64,000 nucleotides of DNA from NCBI GenBank assembly GCA_963793635.1, contig CAWCAX010000004.1:25951-89950 (forward strand), read 5' to 3'. The notes below the pieces were generated by a model that saw only the letters and a program-made list of their open reading frames with translations, searched no databases and was not told where the DNA came from. Every line of letters begins with the position of its first letter. Position 1 is the stretch's first letter. This document shows positions 9,605-17,844 of this stretch, in pieces. Made by a program: the position numbers and the translations under genes. The DNA is from an uncultured Planctomycetaceae bacterium. GTDB taxonomy: Bacteria > Planctomycetota > Planctomycetia > Pirellulales > PALSA-1355.

Positions 9605-10883
9605 ATGACGACCGACTTCTGGACCGCTGCCTATCTTGCGCTGGCCGCCCTAGCGGTGCTCTCGTCCGCATTGCTGACGCTTCAGGCTTACGAGTTTCGC
9701 CGGTTCTCGCGCAGCCGCGCGGCCGGCCGCAGCGGTCAGGCCCCCGCCGGGCGCGTGGTGCTCATTTGCCCCTGTCGGGGGCGCGAGATGAACCTGACGA
9801 AAAATCTGCGGGCCCTGTTCGCGCAAGATCATGGAAACTACCGACTGTTGTTCGTCGTCGACCGGTTGCTCGATCCGGCCTGCCGGCCGATCCTGCGATT
9901 GATGCGAGCGCATCCGCGGATCGAGGCCGCCCTGATCGTGGCGGGCACGGCAACCGACAGCGGACAGAAAGTGCATAACCTGCTGGCGGCAACGGCCGAT
10001 TTAGCCGCCGGACGTGCAAATCCTGGCTTTCGTCGATTCCGATGCGCGACCGGCGGCCGATTGGCTGCGACAGCTCGTGCAGCGCCTGGACCAGCCGGGC
10101 GTCGTCGCGGCCACGTCTTATCGCTGGCTGGTGCCGCGCCGCTCGACGCCCGCCAATTTTCTGGTGCATGCGCTCGACGCCAGCGTGGCGCCGCTGATCG
10201 GACCGGGGCGGCACCATCTGGTTTGGGGCGGATCGTGGGCCGTGCGCCGCGATGCCTTCGAGCGAGTCAACCTGCGCGGAGCGTGGCGCGGAACACTGAG
10301 CGACGACCTGGTTGCGGCTCGCGCGTTGCGCTCGCTCGGCAGAGTGCAGTTCGAGCCCGGCGCCATGGTTTCGACGGAAATCGATTTCGACTTCGGCGGC
10401 ATGTTCGAGTTCGTGCGCCGGCAATTTACGATCGGCCGTTTCTACGCGCCGGAGTTTTGGGCACTGGCCACCCTGTTCGGCTGTGCGCAGCAGGGCGTGC
10501 TGTGGATCGGCGCAGCGCTGGTGCCGGTTGCCTGGATGTTCGGCGGCTGGCCGCGTTTGGCAGTGTTGGCCGCCGGATTGCTCTACGGTTTGCAAGTCCT
10601 GCGCGGTTGGCTGCGCGAGGATGCCGCGCGCCATTTTCAGCCCGAAGGTTACCGGCGAACCGCTGCGGCCCGCAGGTTCGCCGTGTGGTTGGGCCCCCTG
10701 GTGGGGTTACTACATTGCTGGGGACTGCTCCGCGCGCTATCGGTTCAATGCATCGAGTGGCGTGGCATTGGCTATGCAATTTACCCGGGCGGCCAGACGC
10801 GGATTGTCCGCCGGCCGGCCACGCCCGAGCAAGTGCCGGCGGGCCACAAGCGGCGCAGATACCGAGCCAAAACCCGTCCGTAG
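9605..10883 (+). CDS. membrane glycosyltransferase, GT2/GT21 (ceramide-glucosyltransferase-like); one frame correction near 10010
   Basis: The N-terminal piece is MTTDFWTAAYLALAALAVL..VVLICPCRG..YRLLFVVD..GQKVHNLL (ORF 9569..). It continues as ILAFVDSDARP..GGSWAVRRDAFERV plus C-terminal TM helices in ORF 10014..10883. Confidence 0.75.
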
Positions 10884-10928
10884 CGCCATGGCGGCGTGGC
10901 CGATTTGACTTCGAAAGGAATTCGACGC

Positions 10929-12413
10929 ATGCACATCGTGCTCTGGGATACTCGGCGGGCCGACGTTACCAAGGATTTTGCCGGCGGCTTTGGCGTGGGC
11001 CAATTTCCGCAGCGGGCCGGGTTGGCGGCCCGGCTGATTCGCCGGGGGTTCACCCGCGACCGGCGGCCGGTGGCCCTGGCCTATGCCTATCTGGCTGCGA
11101 TTTTCCGCGAGCTGGGGCACACCGTCGAGTACGCTCTGGATCGAGTGCCGGCGGCGGCGGACGTCTATATCTTCCATCCCGCGCTGGTCACCTTGCCGAT
11201 GGAGCGACAGGCCATGCGCCGCGCGGTCGATGGGTCGCCCGGTTGCCGGGTGTTTGTCGTCGGACCGGTCGCGCATACCCTCGGCGAGACTTTTGCGGGC
11301 TTGGGCGTCACGGTGCTGCGGGGCGAGTGCGAACAACTGCTCTGGAAATTCGACGCGGTGCTGGCCGATGCCAGCCCAGTGATCGACTTGGGCCGCGTGG
11401 CCGATCTCGACGAGTTGCCACTGCCGGATTGGTCGCTGTTTAGCCCGCGCGGCTTTCGCATTTCCTACGACTTTTGGCGGTTTCCGACCGCACTGGTCCA
11501 AGCCAGCCGGGGTTGCACGCTGTCGTGCAATTATTGTCCCTACATCGTGATCGAAAATTCGGTTCGCGCCCGGCGCCCCGAGCGGGTTGTCGACGAAATC
11601 GTCGAGGGCACCCGGCGTCACGGCTTTCGCTCGTTCAAGTTTCGGGATCCGCTATTCGGCGCGAATCGATCGCCAGCGATGGAACTGGCCGAGCGGCTGG
11701 CCCGCTTGCGGCGGCCGGTGCAGTTTTCGATCGAAAGCCGGATCGATCTGCTGCGCGAGGACACGCTACGAGCGCTGCGCTCCGCGGGGCTGACGAGCGT
11801 GACGTTCGGCATCGAGACTCCCGACGAGGCGACGCTGCGACGCTATCGGCGAGCGCCGATCCGCGACGACCGGCAGCGCGACTTCGTCGAACTGTGTCGG
11901 CGGCTGGGCATCCGCACCGTGGCCGGGTTTATGATCGGGTTCCCCGACGACAGGGAGGAAAACATCGAGTCGGTCCTGCGCTATGCCAAAGCGCTCAACC
12001 CGACGTTCGCGAACTTCAACGTGGTGACACCCTATCCCGGAACGGAATTTTTCGAGCAAAGCCGGCACGACATTGCCGATTTCGATTACAGCAAATACAG
12101 CGTCTATACGCCGGTGCTGAAGTACCGGCATTTGACGCCCGAGCGGGTCGCCGAGCTGCACGCACGCGCGTTCGTGAGCTACTATTTTCGCTCGCGCTGG
12201 CTCGTGGCCAATGCCGCGCAAGTTTGGCCGGGCCTGCAATCGCTGGGTTTTGGCCGGCACTCGACGGAAAGAGCCGCCGCGGTGTCGCCCCGCGGGATAA
12301 TCAGCGCTGCGGGGTCTTCACCCCAAGAGTCTGCCGAGCGCAGCCAAGAGCGGCAAGGCGCCGACCGCAACGGCAAACCAGGTGACGCCGCGCGGCGGCA
12401 GCGCGCGGCGTGA
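10929..12413 (+). CDS. B12-binding-domain radical SAM protein
   Basis: The N-terminal piece is MHIVLWDTR..FAGGFGVG..LAYAYLAAIFRELGH. The radical SAM cluster motif is ASRGCTLSCNYCPY, followed by FRDPLFG. The last ~40 aa overlap a convergent ORF, so the true stop may be earlier. Confidence 0.8.
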   Translation: MHIVLWDTRRADVTKDFAGGFGVGQFPQRAGLAARLIRRGFTRDRRPVALAYAYLAAIFRELGHTVEYALDRVPAAADVYIFHPALVTLPMERQAMRRAVDGSPGCRVFVVGPVAHTLGETFAGLGVTVLRGECEQLLWKFDAVLADASPVIDLGRVADLDELPLPDWSLFSPRGFRISYDFWRFPTALVQASRGCTLSCNYCPYIVIENSVRARRPERVVDEIVEGTRRHGFRSFKFRDPLFGANRSPAMELAERLARLRRPVQFSIESRIDLLREDTLRALRSAGLTSVTFGIETPDEATLRRYRRAPIRDDRQRDFVELCRRLGIRTVAGFMIGFPDDREENIESVLRYAKALNPTFANFNVVTPYPGTEFFEQSRHDIADFDYSKYSVYTPVLKYRHLTPERVAELHARAFVSYYFRSRWLVANAAQVWPGLQSLGFGRHSTERAAAVSPRGIISAAGSSPQESAERSQERQGADRNGKPGDAARRQRAA

Positions 12414-12665
12414 GCGGAGCACGACCGGCGTCAGCAAAAGCACGATCACTCCAATTGTCAGAGCGCTAAAGAACATGAGATCGGTCAGGGCCCGGGCGAC
12501 CTGTCGACCAGGCTGAATCGCCAGCCACCCCCGTGCTCCCATCCAGCCCAGCTCGCTGACCAGAGCGACCAATGCGGAGAGCATCCAGCCAACGGTCGCC
12601 AGTTCGGCGGCCCGGCTTTCCGCAGGCCACTCGGGAAGGTCGGTTTTCGAGTCGTGATTTCTCAA
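12318..12665 (-). CDS. hypothetical membrane protein
   Basis: There are three predicted TM stretches (VGWMLSALVALVSELGW, LMFFSALTIGVIVLLLTPVVL, WFAVAVGALPLLAAL). It lies 34 nt downstream of the Cys-rich gene on the same strand. Confidence 0.4.
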   Translation of the reverse strand: MRNHDSKTDLPEWPAESRAAELATVGWMLSALVALVSELGWMGARGWLAIQPGRQVARALTDLMFFSALTIGVIVLLLTPVVLRSRRALPPRGVTWFAVAVGALPLLAALGRLLG

Positions 12666-12699
12666 GGCGGCCCAGGCGCGATTCCGGCGCGGTCAATTT

Positions 12700-13143
12700 T
12701 CAAGCGTGGATGTAGTGCACCACGATATCGCCGGTGCAGCGGACGATGATCTTGACACTGACCCCGCAACAATAGTCGTATCGCACCACGCCTCGTCCCA
12801 GCGGACCCCAGTGGCTGTTGACTTGGGGCGTGCCGGTGCAACAGCCGGGCAAGCAAACCGGAACATTCACGGTCATGCACGTGCAACCGCAGGGGATCTG
12901 CACTGCCAAGCTGGTTTCGATCGGCGGTTGGCAGCCGCAACACACTTTGCAACCGTGATGCACGTAAGTGATTGTCGGTTGACAACAGGGCCCTGGGGCG
13001 CAGGCCGGATCACAGACGGGCGAGGCACAGTCGGCGCCCAGTACGGCAGCCAACAGGTTCGCCGCCACCGCGGCATCGGCTGAAGCGGCCCCGAGAGCGC
13101 TGACGGCGAACGCCAGAAGCGCGGCGCATAGTTTCGTCGACAT
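12700..13143 (-). CDS. secreted cysteine-rich protein (147 aa, about 18 Cys in the mature part), unknown family
   Basis: Start at MSTKLCAALLAFAVSALGAASA (signal peptide). The mature part has CC/CxC clusters: PCCQP, KVCCGCQ, PCGCTCM, PGCCTG, DYCCG. Confidence 0.6.
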   Translation of the reverse strand: MSTKLCAALLAFAVSALGAASADAAVAANLLAAVLGADCASPVCDPACAPGPCCQPTITYVHHGCKVCCGCQPPIETSLAVQIPCGCTCMTVNVPVCLPGCCTGTPQVNSHWGPLGRGVVRYDYCCGVSVKIIVRCTGDIVVHYIHA

Positions 13144-13581
13144 GGTTGCTCCTTTCAGTAAGAACAAGTGGCGACCAATTTCATGGTCGCTCTTTCGAAC
13201 ACGGCAAAGATCGCATATTTGCTACGACATGCAACCCGCGACTGCGCTACGCGCTTGGGCCGGCTGATCGCAAACTTGGATGCATGCTCGTCTTGCGGTC
13301 GAAACGCGATTTTAACCATTCGCTCCGCGACTACTAGAGTTTCGACCCTGGCCCCCATCCCGTGCAGATCGTGCGCCGCCGGAGTCAAAAAGTTCGATCT
13401 TGGATTTCGATTTGCCAAATTGGTTTAAACGGCCTAGAGTTACGTTGCTACGCCCGACATTCACATCTTTTTGCGGGCGGCCGATCAGCACATTTCAACT
13501 TAGTTCTGCACGCTTTGTTCGACACCCGACGCGCGTGGTGCTCCCCGTAGAGCCGCGTGTCTCAGATTTGCCTCCTCCGAC

Positions 13582-14307
13582 GTGCCTGTTGTGTCCACCA
13601 CCACAGCTCCCGCTGCCGCCGCGCCGATTGCCTGGGGGCCCATCGAGGGTTCGCTAGGGCAGCTGCGCGCGACGCAGGACGCGCTCGCGCAATTCCTGGA
13701 ACAGTTGTTTCAGGACTTGGAACATTCGGAGCGCACCGAAGCGGCCAACGAAGACCATCTGCGCCGCCAGATCGAAGAACTGGCCTCGGATCGGCACAGC
13801 TTGGAACGCGAACTCGACGAGGCGCGGGAAGAAATCACCAAGCTCTCCAGCACCGCGGTCGAGCTGGCCAGCGTGCGCGTCGAGTTGGCCGACGCCCGGG
13901 CCAAAGCCAGCCGGCTCCGCGATCAACTGGTGGCGGCGTCCGGAACCGAGCAGGAACACCGCGCGATGCTGGCGGATTCCGAAATTGAGCGCCGCAGATT
14001 GGAATCGGATCTCGATAGTTTGCGGCGCCGCGCCGCCGAGTTGTCCGAAGACCTGACGACGCATAAACGCCAGGCCGCCCAAGAACGGAGCGCCTGGAAC
14101 GCCGAGCTCAAGCAGTGGCGACTCCTGTTCGAAAAACAGGCGGCCCGGTTCTCGGTCGATCACGCGGCGCCGGCCGCGGCGGGCGGGCGCGCGGGCCACC
14201 CCGCGGGCTCGCTCGACCCGGTGCTTGGCTCGGTCATCGCCCAATTCGAAAGCCTGCATAACGACACGCCCGACCGCGCGGATCAGCCGCCGGCCGGCCC
14301 GCACTGA
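13582..14307 (+). CDS. coiled-coil protein, unknown function
   Basis: A 241-aa ORF with a long Glu/Arg/Leu/Ala heptad-like region (EELASDRHSLERELDEAREEITKL...RRRLESDLDSLRRRAAELSEDL). It is the first gene of a four-gene same-strand cluster. The start codon (GTG) is uncertain. Confidence 0.5.
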   Translation: MPVVSTTTAPAAAAPIAWGPIEGSLGQLRATQDALAQFLEQLFQDLEHSERTEAANEDHLRRQIEELASDRHSLERELDEAREEITKLSSTAVELASVRVELADARAKASRLRDQLVAASGTEQEHRAMLADSEIERRRLESDLDSLRRRAAELSEDLTTHKRQAAQERSAWNAELKQWRLLFEKQAARFSVDHAAPAAAGGRAGHPAGSLDPVLGSVIAQFESLHNDTPDRADQPPAGPH

Positions 14308-14338
14308 TCCCAATGCAAAATCGTTTCCGGAGCAACCC

Positions 14339-15505
14339 ATGCGTGCCAACGCGGATCGCAACTACGGCAATCTGCTGCGCGACGTATTGCGCACGGCTGG
14401 CCAGCGGCTGTGCGGCGGCGTCAACCTGGGATCGCGGCGGCGCAGTACGGGCGGGTCGGAAACGGTCGCGGGCGCTTCGGTCGCCGCGCGTTCATCGCGC
14501 CCGGCCCTGCCGCACAACCCGGCCGTGTTGGTCGAATTGATGCTCTCCCAGGGGCGGTATGCGCTGCTGTTGCGGCCGCAGCTAATCGGCAATCTGAGCC
14601 CGGAACAGCGCGACCGGGCGATCGCCGCTCTGGCGCACCACACGGCGCTCATCAAAACCGGCCCGGTCGTCGTGCTGGGAGTTGCCGGCACCCTGGCCGA
14701 CCTGGAGGGTGCAGCCGCGGCGCCAGCCCCCTCGGCCGCCGAGGCCGTGATTGTCGACAGTTTCCTTCTGGATCGAACGCTCGTCACCAACCGCGAGTTC
14801 CAACAGTTCGTCGCCGCCGGCGGTTACCAGGAGCCGTCAATCTGGGATCCCGAGGTCTGGGCTGTCGTGCCGGAATTCGCCGACCGCAGCGGCGCGCCCG
14901 GACCGCGGTTCTGGTCGCACGGCCGATTCGATCCGCGGCTCGAGCGGCATCCGGTCGTCGGCGTGAGCTGGTACGAAGCGTCGGCCTACGCCCGCTGGTT
15001 GGGAAAGCGTTTGCCGGCCGATGCCGAATGGGTCCGGGCCGCAGCCGCCCCGATGTTGCTTCCAGGCGGCGAATTGCGGCAGCGCAAGTTTCCCTGGGGA
15101 GACAAAGCCGAGCGCGGCCGGGCCAACCTCTGGGGAGCAAACCCCGGCGGAACCGTGGCGGTGGATGAGTTTCCGCAAGGGGACAGCGCGGGCGGGATCA
15201 GCCAGTTGATCGGCAACGTTTGGGAATGGACCGCCGGCCATCTGAACCTGGCGAGTTGGACGCGGGTCTGGCCAGACGGCACGCTGCGATCCACCGCCAT
15301 GAAGTCGCTGCGGGGCGGAGCCTTCGACACCTATTTCGACTCGCAGGCCACCTGCCAGTTCCCGAGCGGCGACCATCCACTGGCCCGCAAACACAACATC
15401 GGCTTCCGCTGTGCGCTGGGGACTTGCGATTTACAAATGCCGGGCGCCGCGCCGGCCGACGAGCCGCAGGGGGAAGAGACGGTTTTGGCGGAGACCGCGT
15501 TATGA
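14339..15505 (+). CDS. FGE/SUMF1-domain (formylglycine-generating-enzyme-like) protein
   Basis: Internal ATG at 14339 (MRANADRNYG). C-terminal motifs: LDRTLVTNREFQQFV, RHPVVGVSWYEASAYARWLGKRLP, GNVWEWT, LRGGAF, IGFRCA. Confidence 0.8.
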   Translation: MRANADRNYGNLLRDVLRTAGQRLCGGVNLGSRRRSTGGSETVAGASVAARSSRPALPHNPAVLVELMLSQGRYALLLRPQLIGNLSPEQRDRAIAALAHHTALIKTGPVVVLGVAGTLADLEGAAAAPAPSAAEAVIVDSFLLDRTLVTNREFQQFVAAGGYQEPSIWDPEVWAVVPEFADRSGAPGPRFWSHGRFDPRLERHPVVGVSWYEASAYARWLGKRLPADAEWVRAAAAPMLLPGGELRQRKFPWGDKAERGRANLWGANPGGTVAVDEFPQGDSAGGISQLIGNVWEWTAGHLNLASWTRVWPDGTLRSTAMKSLRGGAFDTYFDSQATCQFPSGDHPLARKHNIGFRCALGTCDLQMPGAAPADEPQGEETVLAETAL

Positions 15506-16410
15506 GTAAGAACATCGCCATCGAACTCGAATCGTACCGGCTGGCAAAATACGCGACGCAGGTTCCCTGCTACATCTGCGGCGAAGGCAATCTGTTCGAC
15601 AGCGAGCTCTGTCGGTTCTGCTTCGCGCCGATGGCTTTGGCGCAACAGGTCGCCACGCATAAGACTGCTCCGCGGCTATTGGCCACGTTGGGTGCCAGCG
15701 GGGTCGGCAAGACCGTCTATTTGGGCATGCTGCTCGACATGCTGGTCCGGCAGCCGGACCGGTTGCAAATCGTAGCCCGGGGCGCGTTTTCGATCACGCT
15801 GCAGCAGTCGACCGCCACGGCCATGGCGCGCTGCGAGTTTCCCAGCAAGACCCCTAGCGAGCCGGACCGTTGGAATTGGGTGCATTGCCAGGTTCAGCGG
15901 CCGAAGCAAAAACGTCCGGTGGAGTTGATTATGCCTGACCTGGCCGGCGAAGCCTTGTTCGAGGAGCTTGATCACCCGCGCACGTACCGCGTCGTCCAAC
16001 CGCTGTTAAGCCAGGCGGCCGGCGCGCTGGTGCTGGTGGATGCGTTTCGTCTTCAAGACGGCGCGCCGGATCAAGATTACTTCACCCTCAAGCTGCTCAG
16101 CTATCTGAGCGAACTGGACGACAATCCGAAGACGGGCTGGCGCAATCGGCCGTTGGCCATCATTTTCAGCAAGGCCGACGAGGCCGACGAATGCTTCGAC
16201 GACCCGGACCTGTTCGCAAAGCGCCATGCCCCGCGCCTCTGGGAGCACTGCCGGCGATTGTTCCGCGGATATCGTTTCTTTGCCGCCGGCCTGGCCGGCG
16301 TCTGCGCCCAGCGGAGCGTGCGGGGCGAAGCTAAACGCGTGCCGCTGCGGGTCGAGCCCCGCGGCATTATCGAACCGTTCGAGTGGCTATTGTCTCAGAT
16401 CAAGGCCTGA
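15502..16410 (+). CDS. small P-loop GTPase with an N-terminal zinc ribbon
   Basis: The start MSKNIAIE overlaps the upstream stop (ATGA at 15502-15505). Zinc ribbon: CYICGEGNLFDSELCRFC. G1 is GASGVGKT, G3 is MPDLAGE and G4 is IFSKAD. Confidence 0.75.
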   Translation: MSKNIAIELESYRLAKYATQVPCYICGEGNLFDSELCRFCFAPMALAQQVATHKTAPRLLATLGASGVGKTVYLGMLLDMLVRQPDRLQIVARGAFSITLQQSTATAMARCEFPSKTPSEPDRWNWVHCQVQRPKQKRPVELIMPDLAGEALFEELDHPRTYRVVQPLLSQAAGALVLVDAFRLQDGAPDQDYFTLKLLSYLSELDDNPKTGWRNRPLAIIFSKADEADECFDDPDLFAKRHAPRLWEHCRRLFRGYRFFAAGLAGVCAQRSVRGEAKRVPLRVEPRGIIEPFEWLLSQIKA

Positions 16411-16473
16411 TTCCATCGCTTCCGGCAAGCGACCACCGTATCCTGCAAGCCACAACCTGGGAGCCCATTTCGC

Positions 16474-17835
16474 ATGCTCGTCGAACAGGCCATTTTTGGA
16501 TCCGCCCGGACCGGAGACAGGGCGGGATATCACCTCGTTTCGCGCTCGCCCGGACTGGCGCAGTCGGATGCGCGAGAGCTCGCCGAGTGGGGGCCGTCGC
16601 ACGATTCTCTGGTCGACAGCGGACCGCGGGGGCAAAGTTATAATTTCTTCCCCTTGCGCAGCGGCGCGTTCTGCATCTCGAAGACGTCGGCGGCCGGGGC
16701 CGAATTCAGCGGCCGGGGCGGAGCCGAAGTGCGAACGCAGTGTCTTGTCGTTTCGGCTGAGGTTTTTTTCCGCTTCTCGAACAATCCCTTCGCCGTGCTC
16801 CGAGCGGCCGAAGCGACCGGCCGGTTGCGGGCCGGAGACTCGACCGAGACGGGGCCCGGCGGCCGGCCGCCCGAAGCGCTGCGTCTGGTCGGGCGTTCGG
16901 CGGTGGCCGACCATCTGCTGCTCGCCGAATTGGCTCGGGCACCGGGCGCCAAGGCCATGGCCGTGCTGGTCGAGCAAGCACTGGCCGGCCGAAGCCTGGT
17001 CGTGGTCAGCCGCAGCGGAGAAAAATTGATGGCCGGGTTGATCAGTTGCCTGCCGCTCCCCCTGCGCAGCGCAATTTCGTTCTCGACCGGCCTGAAGCTT
17101 TCGCCCTGGCGTCCCTTCCGCATCTCGGCAGCGCCGGCCGATAGCGCCGCTCTGCGGCGAGAAGCCCGCGCGCTGGGCGCCGACGTGCTGGTGCTCGAGT
17201 GGGCCGGCGAGATCCAGTTTTCCAAGGATTCCTGGCCGGCGCGAGTCGAGATTGCCCTGCGAGAATCCAAATTCAGTCAGCTGGCGAATGAAATTCTGCG
17301 ACTCGCCGCTTCCGCGCCGGATGTTGTTCCGGCCGAGGTTCCGACGATCGGCGAAGCGACTCCACCCGACCCGCCCGAGCAGGCGTGGGCCCTATCCCCC
17401 GCCGCGGCAGACGATGGCCAGGCCTCTCGGCAAGCGGCTGGCAGCGCCGGCCATCATCGCGGCCGCTCGGATCAAGCGCATGCGCGATTCGAGCGCAACG
17501 AATCCGCCGGCACCGGCAAGTGCTATGCCGCGGAGCGAGCGCAAACCGGCTTGGGTGAGAATCGCGAGGCGCTGGAGCTTATCGAGCGCTTGGACGACCT
17601 GGTTTTCGACGCGATTGCCGGCAAGCCGACGGCGCTGGCCCGATTGGTGGAGTTTTGGCCGGAAGTGCTCACGCGCCTGGACCCGGCCGTGCTGACGGAA
17701 GCCCGCGAGCAGTATCTGCGCCACGCGCTAGTGATTTGGACCCAATCCGATTCCCAGGGGGTGCAGGACCCGCAGCGAGTCGTCGCTGCGCTCGACGTGC
17801 TGTGCTTGTTGTTTCCGGAAGCGGACTTCGCCTAG
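16474..17835 (+). CDS. hypothetical 453-aa protein; possible GTPase-associated (GAP1-like) partner
   Basis: The ORF is intact. The N-terminus [28 protein letters not shown] resembles (from memory) the N-terminal motif of GTPase-associated protein 1 families. The C-terminal part looks helical. No HMM check was possible. Confidence 0.5.
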   Translation: MLVEQAIFGSARTGDRAGYHLVSRSPGLAQSDARELAEWGPSHDSLVDSGPRGQSYNFFPLRSGAFCISKTSAAGAEFSGRGGAEVRTQCLVVSAEVFFRFSNNPFAVLRAAEATGRLRAGDSTETGPGGRPPEALRLVGRSAVADHLLLAELARAPGAKAMAVLVEQALAGRSLVVVSRSGEKLMAGLISCLPLPLRSAISFSTGLKLSPWRPFRISAAPADSAALRREARALGADVLVLEWAGEIQFSKDSWPARVEIALRESKFSQLANEILRLAASAPDVVPAEVPTIGEATPPDPPEQAWALSPAAADDGQASRQAAGSAGHHRGRSDQAHARFERNESAGTGKCYAAERAQTGLGENREALELIERLDDLVFDAIAGKPTALARLVEFWPEVLTRLDPAVLTEAREQYLRHALVIWTQSDSQGVQDPQRVVAALDVLCLLFPEADFA

Positions 17836-17844
17836 GGCGGCTTT

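Noticed and set aside
9569-11443. A 624-aa ORF that would be one giant protein spanning the glycosyltransferase and part of the radical SAM gene.
   Set aside because: Only the first ~150 aa look like protein (TM helix plus GT motifs). After about 10010 the frame turns into Arg/Ala/Gly-rich low complexity, while the real GT C-terminal part and the rSAM protein are readable in other frames.
9605-12413. Naming the GT/rSAM pair hpnI/hpnJ (hopanoid cyclitol ether pathway).
   Set aside because: Only the generic architecture matches. There is no hpnH/G/K or cyclase in the window, and the rSAM N-terminus does not resemble what I recall of HpnJ. I cannot support the gene symbols without HMM scores.
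10929-13143. The radical SAM enzyme plus the Cys-rich small protein as a RiPP (ribosomal peptide) cluster.
   Set aside because: The genes are convergent and separated by another ORF. The Cys-rich protein is 147 aa with a classical Sec signal peptide rather than a leader/core peptide. The rSAM enzyme is tightly linked to a glycosyltransferase instead.
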